Part shown: positions 49,641-62,000 of the stretch, in pieces
How the letters are laid out: each line of letters begins with the position of its first letter
How positions within the stretch are numbered: the stretch's first letter is position 1
Assembly (NCBI GenBank): GCA_013265495.1
Contig: MU058791.1
Span: forward strand, 186,001 to 248,000
Reading direction: 5' to 3'
Source: Vicugna vicugna
Taxonomy: Eukaryota
Length of the DNA stretch: 62,000 nt
Made by a program: the position numbers and the translations under genes
The notes under the pieces: model-generated
What the model was told of the DNA's origin: nothing
The model's input: the letters and a program-made list of their open reading frames with translations, nothing else
The model's database searches: none

Positions 49641-51033
49641 GGCAGACACTGGGTGCCTAGTAAGTGTGCACTGGATGGACACATAAACTTGGATAGGCAT
49701 GTCAGATGCCAGCAGGCAGGGAGCTCTGGTCTCCATGGGAGCAGGATGCTGTGTGGGTCTGCTGGGTGATTTCTCTGGGTCCCCTCAGGACAGCAGAAGA
49801 TCCCTCCAGATGCACCCGTCTTCCTTGCAGGCTGCTGCAGCGTTTACCTCCACTGTAATGAAACGTGTTTTCTCTTGAGAGGGTGGTTATTGGTATTTAT
49901 AGAGCATCTTATAGCTGAAGAGCTCCAGAAGCAATAATTACCTCTTTAATCCTTTTAGCATCTCTCTGAAGAGAGGGAGGTGAACTGGGATCGCCTGCTC
50001 CTGCTCGCTCTCCCTGCTTCTCTCCACCCCCCCTGCCCCTGTGGTCCACAGAATGCACTCACAGTGAGGTGATGGGGCAGGGGGGTGGGATTCGGAGGGA
50101 ATAAGGGATTTCTTCCAAGTCATGTTCAGAGCTGGATGGGCGTGTGGGGACCACTTGCGGGGGCCTTGAGGTCAGCTCACCGACATTCCTACTTCCTTTG
50201 TACCACCTGGTAGCTAAATGGAGAAATAACGTTTTTCCTGCTGAAAAAATCTCCCCGGCCACGGTCCCTATTCTCCTCAGGCTCAAGGAAAAAAAGTTGG
50301 AATAATAGGATTTCTTCTGTCTCGGCAGCTACAGTGTGCAGGATGAGCTATTCAGAGGATTTGCAGAGAAAATGAAAAGGGATGAGGTCTGGGAAACTTC
50401 TCAGTGTTAGTGGGTTTTTTCCATATGCGTGTGTCTATTACACACGTATCTGCATCTCTGCCTGCTTCCGAGCCAAGCCTGCGCGGCGTGCATGATAAAC
50501 AGCTCGTGATTGTGACTGTCTTTTGTTCCGCGGATGGAATCAAATTCAACGGCAGCACCTGAAGATAGACTGCGAGGAGATAAGGCTAATTTTGGTCATC
50601 TGAATTCACCAATGGGGCGCCGTGATGGTGCTCTGTTTATACCAGGGCTTTCTGTTACTAAGGATGGAATCGAGCCTAGATAAATAAGATTCTGCTATCG
50701 CTGGGATTCAGGAAATTTTCAGATGTTAGGATCGCCTGTGTGAGGGTTGTTAATAATCATTTCCCGGGCCAGATCATGGTGCTAGCGAAGAGTGCAAGAG
50801 ATAATGCAGTTAGAGGAATACCCTTAGCTTCCTATTCCTTTCTTTCTCATGACCCTTCATTATGATAATTTCTGGCTGGGTTCCTTGCCTCCTTCCTGCC
50901 ATTAGCCATCTCTGCTGGGCCACTTCCGGTGTGTGTGGGGCTGGCAGTGCCCCCCTAGTTCCAGACCTTGGGCGACTCCAGTCTGTCTTGGTTGAGGGGC
51001 CATCATTCGGTCTCAGGCTTTTATTTGAAAATG

Positions 51034-51066
<33 letters not shown>

Positions 51067-53170
51067 AGAGATCTGATTCTGTGACTGGGGAATGCCCGCT
51101 CCAAGCTCAGGCTGGAGCACCCAGCCAAGGTCTGAGACCTGGGAAGGGCAGGGTGGAGCTGGCATTCTGAATGCGTCCGGCTGTGCTCAGCCACGTATCT
51201 GTTGCCCACAAGCATTGTAATCAGAAAGACATCAGTGTGGACCCAGCTGTGTGCTGAGCACCGGCTCCCCCCAGGTGGCCGCCTCCCTGTTCTGGGGTCC
51301 CCTCTGCGAGAGTCCCTTCTCTGCAGCCAGCAACACCCGGTCACTGTTTCCTTTGGTGTTTCACCTCCAAGAAAAGGAAAATGTATTAAATATGTGTTGG
51401 GAAAAAGGAAGATCCTAAGGTAAAACAAGAAGGAGGCAGGAATTAAGACCTTTGAAAAGTGGCCACACACGGCTTCTCCCTCTTGCATCCCAGAAGGCAC
51501 AGATCAGAGATGGAGTGCTTTCATTGTCCCCCAAGTAATTGGAGGAGAGAGCCCGAGTTCTAGGAAATGCCAGGAAAGTCAGGGAGCTCTTCCAGGACGG
51601 CCAAGGGAAGCCAGTACGGAGGGATGTTGGTGCCGGGGAGGATGAGCTCATCCAAGGGGAGCACTGTGCGGTGGAAAGAATGATTTCTCTGGGCCTCAGA
51701 CGTGGAAAACAGCTTCCAAGGGATGGCTGGTGGAGTCCAGCCTGGTTTGTGCCTTTCTGAGACGTTCTCCTGGTTCCTAACGTGTGTCATGTGGCTCCAG
51801 TGGAGAGGCCATTCTGCCACTGCCTCTGGGCTGACCGTGACTCTGGGGACCGGGCATGTGCCCGTGGGGGGCAGGTGTGAGCAGGAGGAAGTGTGGATGG
51901 AACTTCACTGGTGGGCCAGCAGCTGAACCTGTTTCCTTATTGGCCCTTTCCTTTCTCCTCTGACCCCAGATCTTCCTTGTGTATCCCCAGTTCCCATCCA
52001 GCGTGGGGAGGTTTTCTATCCAGTTCCCATTGGGCGCAGAAGGATTTGCTCTGCAGATTTGTGTGCTGAGCAGAGCAGAGCAGGGAGGAGCCTTCCTGAA
52101 GGAAATGCTCGAACATTCTACACGTTCTCACTGCTACCCATACGGGTATTTCTAAGCAAGAATGCAAACAGGCCTGAAATAGAATGTATTAGTAAGTGTA
52201 ACAGAGGAGCGAGGTGTATTTTTAGCAAATGTGGCTAAAGCCGATGCATGCAGTCAGTGAGTGAGACGGAGCTGAGGGGAGGGCTCGGCGTTGGGGCTTC
52301 GGGGTCGTGGCTGCCTCGCTGGTCCCCCTGGAGCTGAAACATGGCTGGGGCCTGAGGCTGCCTGGCCTGGGGGTGGCTCCTGGGAGCCGGAGGGCTTCTT
52401 GAGGATGCTGTGCTGTTTTTAGAGCTGCTTCTACTCCAGTGTCTGCCTGACATAGGGGAAAAGTAGAGACAGGCAGCAGCACAGGGGTGAAGCCAGCAGG
52501 TCAAGTCCAGAAAGGCCAGTGGTGATGAACCCACCAGGCTGGGGGGAGAGGCCCACCAGCCTCTGTCTCGGTGAAGGCAGGGTAGGGCTGGCCGGACGGA
52601 GCCGGGGAAGCTGGAGGAAGTCAAGGTGCCGGTTGGCCGGGCTGTGAGCACTGCAGAATCCTGGGAGTGGAGGCAGGGGCTTGGGTTGTGATGGCCAGGT
52701 GTCACCTTGACCACACCACCCCAGACTCTCTAATTCAGCTTCTTTATCTGTGACCAGACGGTGTCATACTGTCTCCGAGTCAGGGATCCAAGCAAGGTCA
52801 CAGATGAGGGAAGCCTGGACCTTTCTGAAGAAAATTGTTCAAAATGCCAAGATGTAATATTATTTTTGCCCTGTGTGGATTAGCTTGGTTTAACACCAGA
52901 CAGCAATATGGGTATGTCACTGCCTCTAGTAATGACACTGTTAACAGTGGAACAGAGTTCAACCCCAGGTGGGTCCTCCTGGTGTCCGTGTGGGGCTCTG
53001 GACAGACGGCCTGATGCTAAGGAACTTGCACACCTGGGGGCCCGTGGCTGTGTTCCACCCTGAAGTCTGGTTTCTCTCTGTTGGCTGAGTTCACTCCAGG
53101 ATCTTCAGCCTTGCATGGATCCCTAACATCTGCTCCTGGATTCTCTCTTGCAGAAAACAGCTGTCACCAT

Positions 53171-54010
53171 TGTGATGGTAATTTCATGCATCGACTTGAC
53201 TGGACTTTGGAGTGCCCAGACACTTGGTCAAACATTACTCTTGCATGTATGTGTCTATGAGGGTGTTTTTTGGATGAGATTAATATTTATCTATCTACCT
53301 ACCTATCTATCTATCTGAACCATAGTTTTTTAAAAACATTTTTATTGAGTTATAGTCATTTTTACAATGTTGTGTCAAATTCCAGTGTAGAGAACAATTT
53401 TTCAGTTACACATGAACTTATATATATTCATTGTCACTTTTTTTTTTGCTGTGAGCTACCTGAAGTATAGTTGATTTACAGTGTTTTGTTAGTTTCTGTT
53501 GTAGACCATTGTGATCAGATTAATATTTAAATCAGTAGACTGAATAAAGCAGATTGCCCTCCCTTGTGTGAGTGGGCCTTACCCAATCAGTTGAAGGCCA
53601 CAATAGAACTAAAGGGCTGGTCCTCCTTTCAATAAGAGGGAATTTTTTTTTAAATAGAAAAATACTGTTTTATTGAGAGGTAAGACAAGTGTATTTACAA
53701 TATTCAACTGTTAAACCATATAATCTGTGATATAGAATTCTGCTGGCCTTTGAACTAGGACATTGACTTTTTCTTGCCTCTGAATTTGAATTGGAATATC
53801 AGCCCTTCCTGGGTCTTGAGTCTGCTGGCCTTCAGCTGGAACTTCTCCATTGGCTCTCCAGGGAATCCATCTTGCTGACTCACCCTGCAGATCTTGGGAC
53901 TTGCCTGCCTCTATAATTGTGGGCACTGATACCTTATAATAAATCTCTTTAATGATTCTGGTTCTGTGGTTCTTTTGCTTCTGTTTCTCTGTAGAATGCT
54001 GACTAATACC
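53171..54010 (+). mobile_element. MLT2B-like ERV-L solo LTR with 5-bp TSD and two internal insertions
   Basis: Begins TGTGATGGTAATTTCATGCATCGACTTGACTGG and ends CTGACTAATACC (consensus ...TAATACA). ACCAT is duplicated at 53166-53170 and 53166's partner 54011-54015. Internal AATAAA near 53937. Confidence 0.9.
53290..53516 (-). mobile_element. Two nested LINE-1 3' ends within the MLT2 LTR
   Basis: Outer TSD AGATTAATATTTA at 53277-53289 and 53517-53529. Inner copy ~53328-53459 is flanked by CTGAA(CC/GT)ATAGTT. Confidence 0.85.
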
Positions 54011-56254
54011 ACCATCTGCCAAGTACAATCAGACTGTGTGGCCCACCCCAAGTGCCCCCTTCTCCGTTTCAGGATTTCCCAAGAAGGCAGTGAGTGAGCA
54101 GAGCAGTGGAGCCTGGGGTCTCACTGTTTAGTCTTTGTGTAACAGCCAGTGGGTCAGAGACTTATAGCCGCAGGGGCCCTGCTTTTGGAAAATCCAGTGC
54201 ATGAAAATTTAAACCTGTGCAAAAGGAAAATATAGGAGCTAATTTTTTCACATGAAAATAGAATTTTTCACCAGGTCCCTTTAATGAACAAGTTCCTGCT
54301 TTTATATCGAAAAATTTGATTTCCACATGGATTCAGATGAACGCCCCACCCCTTTACTGCCAGCCTCTCCTGCCTAACATTGAGTGACCTTACTGATCAA
54401 TTCACAAGGTTAATAATTTGATGGCTTATTTCACTGACACGTGGATCTGGTGGTTGCCCTGTGGCAGAGAGAGCTTTGGTGGATTTGTACCTTTTTTTGT
54501 TTATTTGGGTTGGATTTTGTTGGATTGACCCTGAGTCAATATTTGAGTCTCTTTCTCATCGTTCAGTGCCCACAGCAAGCCTCAGCTCACCACTGTAATG
54601 ACACGAATCCCAGAAGAAAGGCACTGGTACCGGGAACCATTTCTGATAGGTCCTACTGGGGATTCCCCTGGTCAGAAAGTGGTACCAGGCTCAGAAGAGC
54701 CCTGCAGGGTCAGTAGAACTGAGATTTTCCCCTTTTATCCTGATAGCAAAATGCTGTGTCCTGCGCAGACCCGGCAGGACTCAGCAAATGTCAGTATTGT
54801 CTGAAATGAAAAGTGTAAAAATATCTCTTCATAGATACTTACTCGATCGTAAGCAAAGTTATGGGTTCATGGCCCCTCCATTCCAGTTTTAACAACCTGG
54901 GCATTTCAGAGCCTCAACAGGGAGACTTCTACTGATGAACCCAAGCCTGGAGACACCCTCTCTTAGGGTCAGGAAATCTTCCCCAAGCCCCTCTCCCTTC
55001 ACAGATGTCATCCTCGCCAGTTCTCACTAGCTCATTCCCTCTAAGATGGAAGGGACTGAGAACTTAGTGCGATGCTGATGCTTCATAGAGTTGCAAGTCC
55101 GAGGTCACGTTTCCAATGTTAACCATTTAAAAGATGCAGAATTTTTTTCTGAGGATGGAGGCCTCCCAAGCTCCTCGATATCACAGAGGCAGGTGCCCAG
55201 ATCCTTGATGTGATGGCAGTTCTTCCATATGCCCTGGACGAGGATGCAAGGAGCAAACGACTATCATCAGAGTCACCTACCAACCCCCAAATGAAGGGTC
55301 GGCTCGACTTCTCCGACCGCAGCGGTCAGCAGTGACTCCACGTGTTGCAGATGCCGGGGTAGATTTTTTAACAGAAGCCGTCCCCATGACGTGAGCGCGC
55401 CGAGTGATTTCCCACACCTCCCTTTCTCGGTGGTGACGGTAGTGTGTGACTGCTCATGCTCTTTCTACCCTCCCTTCAGTCTCCACCCTCTTTTCTGAGC
55501 TTTCACCTGGAACTGCCACCTTCCTTGACCTCAGGTTGACCGCCTACATCGGCAGCTCTTTGCAGGCCAGGGCCAGCTCCGCGGAGCGCCCCACACTGCC
55601 GAGAGCTCCCCCGTGTCGGGGGCTGCATTCCAGCCGTCAGCACCAGGGGCATGTGTTACTGGAAGCGATGTCCCCCTGCTCGAGATAGCAGGGGACAGCC
55701 GTGTGTGCGAGCCCAGCACTAAAGGTGTGGGTGACACCCAACCAGGGCAGAGGAGCAAGGAGGCCACCGCCACCCTGGAGAGTCTCCAGATTTTTCTGGG
55801 TACCACCTCCAACGGCGCCTGCCTGGGAGCAGTGCTCTCTGCCGGCCACAGCCCTCGCCTCTGCTGCTAAGCCTTAATTGAGCCCCAGAAACCACTCGAG
55901 ACTTGTCCCCTCCCTGCCTAGTACACGGAGGCAAAGGACTCGAGAGACATTGTTTTGAAATTAATTAGAGTGTGATAAGTGTTGTGAAACAGCAATACGG
56001 CCCTGGGAACTGTCATCAGAGCCAGCTGCTGGCACGGTGCTGTGACACCCAGACTTGCTAGATTCTTCTGTTGCCGTCGCTGTTAGGTTTCTGTGGTGTG
56101 GAAGGGGCACTTGGGGGCCCACCCTGGCTTAATTGGGAGCCATGGAAGTGATGGAGGGGGAAAAAGGCAAGGCGTGTTTCCATGGCTCATTTCTGTGCCT
56201 TCCAGAGAATCATCCTGCCCTGTGCACATTTGGTTGTCACTGTGGGTCACTGGA

Positions 56255-56508
56255 CGTCCCAGTTTGTGTGTACTCCTGACTGAAATTCATAGTTGAAACC
56301 TAACTCCCAATGTGATGGTGCTAGGAGATGGGGCCTTGGGGAGGAGGTGAGGTCATGGGGGGGCGCCCCCACGATAGGATCAGTGCCCTTATAAGGAGCC
56401 CCTGCCCCTTCCACCACGTGAGGACGCAGGAACCAGGAAGTGGGTTCTCACCAGACACCAAATCATAACAACAATGTCCTGTCATAACAGCCTGAAAGGA
56501 CTAGGACA
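56255..56508 (+). mobile_element. MLT1A-like MaLR LTR (internally deleted)
   Basis: AAATTCATAGTTGAAACCTAACTCCCAATGTGATGGT...GTGCCCTTATAAG...CACCAGACACCAAATC...GGACTAGGACA. Confidence 0.8.
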
Positions 56509-58349
56509 GTGTCAGGTGTCTGAAGACGGAATCTCAGGCTTTGATAGAAAATGTCTCGGCGTGTCGGGGCCGTGCTGCTCTGCTGTGCAACTGATGGCAG
56601 GTAACTGAGCTCATCAGGCTGGACAAAGTCATCACCAAACTAAGAAGTGAAACCAGATGATGCTACTTTTGTCAGGAGCACTTTTATTTATTTGATGAAT
56701 TTTTTTTTCAAGTTTAAAGTCCTATAGCCTCTTGGGAAAGGTTACTTTAAATTTACTTTTGAAGGGGATGCAGAGATAAGGGGATGTATATATTCTTCCT
56801 GTGTCTAGGAGAAGAAAACCTGACCAGAACGGACCCCCAAAGCCCGTCACCGGAGGCTGAGTCGCAGCGGAGCTCTGAGTTCCCGTGGTGGGGGTGGGGG
56901 CATGCTGACTGAATCCCTCTCTGCCACTTCCCAGCCGTGAGACTGGGAGGGTCTGCTTGTAACACAGTGAGCAGATTCACTGAGATGATACCCAGCATTT
57001 CGCACCAAGCCTGGCACAGAGAGAACACCCACTCATTGTTAATTGTTAAAAAAATCATTCAAAACCCTGCAGCGATGGTTCACCACTATCTTCTGTTTAA
57101 TACATTTCTAGCTGGAGGCTTAATTTTTTTTGATGTGACCTCTTTGAGAAGGACGATTCTGGACAGCTTCACTGTAGCTTTCATGCCTGCAGGACCCCGG
57201 CTCTGGAGCTGTTCTCTGAGGTGGGAGGATGGAAAAAGCCTGGAACTACCATCGCGCTGGCTTCTCTTCACTGGGGAACTGGAGGAAGGAAAATGTACAC
57301 ATAGCTGCTGTCATTCACAACCATAGCCCTTTGTGCAAGGGCCCTGAGGTCAGGAGGGAGACCCTTCCCATAAAGGAAGTCGTGGGGCCTCCCAGGCTGT
57401 GCAGCTGGCACGTGTGAATGGCCTGGCAGAGGCAGAGCTTGGAGCTCTCTGAGCTGGATACTGGGCCTGGCTACTCCTGTAGCTGCACTTGACCCCAGAT
57501 GGTTCGTCTTCTGGGCTGGTTTTACGGCCCCACCCCTGCCAGTTTCTGGCTGTGCCCACACTCCCAGCATCTCTAGCTCCACTTCTGTGCTTCCCTGGTG
57601 GCCAGCTCTGGCAGGTGCAATGTGGTTTTATTGATGTATGAAACCCTTGAACACTCGCTTATATACTCTTGTCAATAACTTAACGGGGCATCGTGACATG
57701 TTCGCTGACCCTCATGGACAGTCTCTATAAACAGCCCTTTACAGTCTCCAGTTTGCCCCTTAGGCTGTCCCCAAAACAGGTTGCTGGTGTCTCCTAGATG
57801 CAGGTGATTTATGTGAAGGTTGAAGAGCCCGGGCTGATGTCTGGAGGTGGGTAGCTGCCTTTGGGGTTGTAGCGTGGCCCCATGAAGATGTGGCAGACAC
57901 TCATAGCCTACTTGCCCTACGAGGTGTTAGGGCAAGAAGGAACCTTGCAAGACCCTCCCGTGCATGTTCTTAAATCTTGTCACATTGCCTCAAATAGCTG
58001 ATGCCAGCTGTACAACCTCTCATAAGAAAAAGACATGTCTGCACACACACCTGCAATTGTGCAGACAATTTCAGGAGGTCCCCGACTGCCTGAAATAGAT
58101 TCATGGACCACGGATAAGAGGCACCTGAGCTGGGGTAGGCTGGGTACCCTCACGACCTTATTCACTGGTGAGAAGACTACGGTGTCCTCGTTTCTGGTCA
58201 CATAACTGGTTGATGGCAAAGCCAGGGCCAGGAGCTCACTGAACTGGCCTAGACCCTCAATCCAGTGGTCCTCCTGCAACTCTCCATGGCATCCCCCGAG
58301 CCCTGGTCCTCGCTGCTGTCAGTGACATTCTCCTGGAAATGACTGTGAT

Positions 58350-58677
58350 TTTTTTTTTAATTGATGTATAGTTGATTTACAATGTTGTGTTAGTTTCAGG
58401 TGTACAGCGTAGTGATTCAGTTATATGCGTATATATATATTCTTTTTCAGATTCTTTTCCACTATAGGTTATTACAAGATTTTGTCTATAGTTCCCCGCA
58501 GTATACCATAGGTCTTGTTGTTCATCTGTTTTATGTATAGTAGTGTGTATCTGTTAGTCCCAAACTCATAATATGTCTTTCCTCCCCGCCCTTCTCCCCT
58601 TTGGTGATCGTAAATTTGCTTTCTGTATCTATTTCTGGTTTGTAAATAAGTTCAGCTGTGTCATTTTATTTTAGATT
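58350..58677 (-). mobile_element. LINE-1 3' end with 14-bp TSD
   Basis: GAAATGACTGTGAT at 58336-58349 and 58678-58691. Confidence 0.92.
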
Positions 58678-58931
58678 GAAATGACTGTGATCTTAATTCA
58701 TCTCAGTTTGCTTTCGTAACCTGGCTGAGCAGAAGGGGGCCTTGCAAGCCTTCATTGCTCGCACCCACTCCCCCAACGAGCTTAAAGCTCATCCTCAGAA
58801 GGTGGGGAGGGAAAGGGGAATTTGTGGCACCCCTGCTGGCTGCAGTGGTTTACCCATCCCACTTGGCTTGACATTCCCATTGCTAAGTGGTAGTTTCGAT
58901 ACAGAGAATAAGCTCCTTGTAGAACAGAAGG

Positions 58932-59350
58932 TGTATTCGTTGGCTGGTGTATAGTTGCCATAACAAAGTACCAGTAAACTGGTGGCTTGACTAACAGTCT
59001 TGTACGGTGTCAACATTCTGGAGGCTAGAAGTCCCAGATCAAAGTGCCGGCCAGGTGGGTTCGTCCTGGGGGCAGCGAGGGAAGTGTCTGTTCCAGGCCC
59101 TCTCCTCGGCTTGTGGACGGCCATCTTCTCCCTGTGTCTCTTCTCACCATCTCACCTCTACATGTCTCTTTGTCCGAATTTCCCCTTTTTATAAGGACAC
59201 TTGTCATGTTGAATTAGGGCCCACTCTGATGGCCTCACGTAAACTTGATTATCTCTAAAGACCTAACTCCAAATAAGGTCACATTCTGAGGTACTAGGGT
59301 TAAGGACGTCGACAGATAAATTTGGAGGGGACTTAATTCAGCATGTACCA
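58932..59350 (-). mobile_element. MLT1B/C-like MaLR solo LTR
   Basis: TGCCATAACAAAGTACCA...TTCTGGAGGCTAGAAGTCC...TTATAAGGACAC...CCAAATAAGGTCACATTCTGAGGTACTAGGGTTAAGGAC; TG...CA ends. Confidence 0.88.
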
Positions 59351-59764
59351 GAGGCTTTTCCTGCTGGGCAGTTCTGGGGAGGCACCTCAGTGGCTCAAGC
59401 TTGACCCGGTCCAATGAGCTTTTCATAGCATTTCACGGTCTGATGTATTGAGTCTCCAATGGGTACCTATAAAAAGTGACAAGACAGATCTTTGGAATGT
59501 TGGAGAAAAATCTTGATTTTACTGGAACCTTTGGCAAGAATGTTGAGCACTTACCCGAGACAACAAAATTTGCCTGGGGGTCCAGGTGGAGGGAAGTAAA
59601 TGTGTGGGCTCAACAGCATCATTGGGTGGTTTTGATTTTCATCCTTGGGCCAGTGAGGCTGGGTTTGGGAAGAATTTCACATCTTCTCTTTTAATTGAAT
59701 GAAAGATTCTTTAAATTCTATAGCGCTTTACAATTTTCAAAATTTTCACATGCACAGTGCACTC

Positions 59765-61106
59765 CCGTAATAACCTGTTTTCTCCCTACTCCTACGTTGC
59801 TCCTGCCTCTTTCCCTCTCCCCACCGGTAACCACTACTTTGTTCTCTGTATCTGTGAGTCTGCTTCTTTTTTGTTTTCTTCACTAGTTTGTTGTATTTTT
59901 TAGATTCTGTGTATAAGTATTATGAGCTAGTGTTTGTCTGTCTGACTTATTTCATTTAGCATAATGCTCTCCAAGTCCATCCAGGTTGCTGCAGATGGCA
60001 ACATTTCACTCTTCTTTTGGCTGAGTAGTATTCCATGATGTGATCTATCTATCTGTCTATCTTTGTCCATTCATCTGTTGATGGATATTTAGGTTGCTTT
60101 CATATCTTGGCAATTGTAAGTAATTCTGCTATGAACATTGGGGTGCATGTATTTTTTTGAATTAGTGTTTTTGTTTTTTTGGGTGATACACCCACAAATG
60201 GAATTATGGGGTCATGTGGTAGGTCTATTTTTAGTGTTTTGAGAAACCTCCATTCTGCTTTCCACAGTGGCTACACCAGTTTGCATTCTCACCAGCCGTG
60301 TACAAAGGTTCCCTTTCCTCCACGTCCTTGCCAGTACTTGTTAGTGTTCTTTTTGTTGATGGCCATTCTGACAGGTGTGAGGTGATATCTCACGGTGGTT
60401 TTGATTTGCATTTCCCTGGTAATTAGCAATGTCGAGTATCTTTTCATGTACCTATTGGCCACCTGCATGTCCTCTTTGGGAAAATGTCCATTCGGTTCTT
60501 CTGCCCATTTTTTCATCAGGTTGTTTGGTTTTTTGCTATCAGTTGTATGAGCTGTTTATATATGTTGGCTCTTTACCCCTTGTTGGTCGTATTTTTTGTT
60601 CATAACTTCTCCCATTCAGTAAGTTTTTGTTTGGTCAGTGGTTTCTTTTGCTGTGCAAAAGCTTTTAAATTTAATTAGACCCCATTTGTTTATTTTTGCT
60701 TTTGTTTCCTTTGCTTTAGGAGACGAATCAAAAAGAGTATTGCTGTGATTTACGTCAAAGAATGTTGTGCCTGCGTTTCCCTCTAGCAGTTTTATAGTAT
60801 CCAGTCTTAATGTTTAAGTCTTTAATCTGCTTTGAGTTTATTTTTGGATATGGTGTTAGAGAATGTTCTCATTTTATTCTTTTCCAGGTAGCTGTCCAGT
60901 TTCCCCTGCACCACTTATTGAAGAGACTGTCTTTTCTCCATTGTATATTCTTGCCTCCTTTATCATAGATTAATTGACCTTGAGTGTGTGGGTTTATTTC
61001 TGAGCTCTCTATTCTGCTCCATTGATTTATGTGTCTGTTTTTGTGCCAGTACTGTACTGTTTTGATTACTGTAGCTTTGTAGCATAGCCTGAAGTCAGAG
61101 AGCATC
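59765..61106 (-). mobile_element. LINE-1 fragment (~1.3 kb), disrupted 3' part of ORF2 + partial 3' UTR
   Basis: Minus ORFs give [60 protein letters not shown] and [40 protein letters not shown]. Stops and frameshifts are present. Confidence 0.95.
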
Positions 61107-61904
61107 ACATCTTTGTTTTTAAGCATCTGACTGCTTAGACCCAATCCCAGTTGTCCTCTGCTCAGTGAGACTGGGCTTTCCATTGGAAATACATTTTTAT
61201 AAATGGTGTTCATTATGTTTCTTTGGTAGTAGAGAAATCACACTCTCAGAGAATGAATTCAGAAGAAAATTAAAAACACCACCCCCAGCATAAGTAGATG
61301 AGGAATTCGTAAGTACATGCAATATCTCATGTAGAAAAGATGATGTCTTTTAGCCAAGAATAGTGCCTGTGACATCAACCTGTTTGTATATCTGTTTTAA
61401 GTTACTTGTGTTCTGTGGAATGCGGTCAAGTGGATGGAGGATTAGTTGCCACAGTGAGGATACACTTTTCTGGTGGAAGCCCCTCCCCTCTCCCAAACTT
61501 TAGAAGGATGCATGGAAAATGCATGTTGTTTTAAAAACAGGCATTGCAGTTTGAGGACGGAGAGGGAAAATACCGTGTGAGAGTAACTGAAGGAAGGTTA
61601 TAGGAGATTTGTCTCTGGACATGAGACCTGGGTTAATGTAACGAAGATCTTTTCACCACAGTGATTGTCGGGGGAAATACCGCTCCTGCCAGATGCTTAG
61701 CAAGTTGGAGTGTTTCAGGACTGGCAGGTGTCATGTCAGTGCCGACAAGGAAAATCTCAGCCATTTATAGTACAGTACATCTGATGAAGGTAAAGACTAG
61801 AAGAAGCTTAAATTCAGTTATAGAACCAGATTATCTAGGGTGGATTATCTCTGGGAAAGGTTGAACCGTGGGCTAGCTGCGCTCTAAATATTTTTGGCAT
61901 GTGG

Positions 61905-62000
61905 TTTTTTTTTTTTAATTGAAGTATAATTGATTACAATGTTGTGTTAGTTTCTGGTGTACAGCATAGTGATTCATTTGTACATATATATCTATTCTTT
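61905..62000 (-). mobile_element. LINE-1 3' end, continues beyond the window
   Basis: Poly(T) + AATTGAAGTATAATTGATTACAATGTTGTGTTAGTTTCTGG. Confidence 0.9.

Noticed and set aside
59269..59278. CArG box CCAAATAAGG
   Set aside because: Part of the MLT1 LTR consensus sequence, so it is no evidence of function.
60289..61213. ORFs with convincing protein-like sequence
   Set aside because: Disrupted L1 ORF2 fragments, not a host gene or an active element.
1..62000. CRISPR-like arrays, operons or a novel multi-gene system; recurrent TTGAAGTATAGTTGATTTACA motif
   Set aside because: The sequence is mammalian. The recurrent motif is the dispersed L1 3' terminus, not a regularly spaced array, and no intact gene is recognisable.

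Overview
Mammalian non-coding DNA, most likely from a camelid (camel/alpaca/llama). The lineage call rests on two tRNA-Ala-derived SINEs resembling the Tylopoda vic-1 family, plus many artiodactyl-type LINE-1 3' ends. I recognise no protein-coding exon, RNA gene, CRISPR array or prokaryotic system. The long ORFs are either decayed L1 ORF2 or look like chance ORFs. The window is a mosaic of interspersed repeats: about 20 L1 fragments (several with clear target-site duplications, TSDs), L2, MIR, MER82, MER5A, a Tigger2/MER8-like MITE, and MLT1 and MLT2 solo LTRs. A minus-strand excess of L1 copies suggests an intron of a large gene transcribed on the + strand (inference; gene not identified). 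The most notable structures are retrotransposition products: a TSD-flanked ~580-bp retrocopy carrying scrambled antisense L1 pieces (39.7 kb), a twin-primed inverted L1 (12.8 kb), and a three-level nested insertion plus an orphan poly(A) retro-tail in an MLT2 LTR (53.2-54.0 kb). There are also a few candidate enhancer motif clusters and candidate small exons. I found no evidence for a new biological system. Repeat family names come from recalled consensus sequences, and boundaries without TSDs are approximate.
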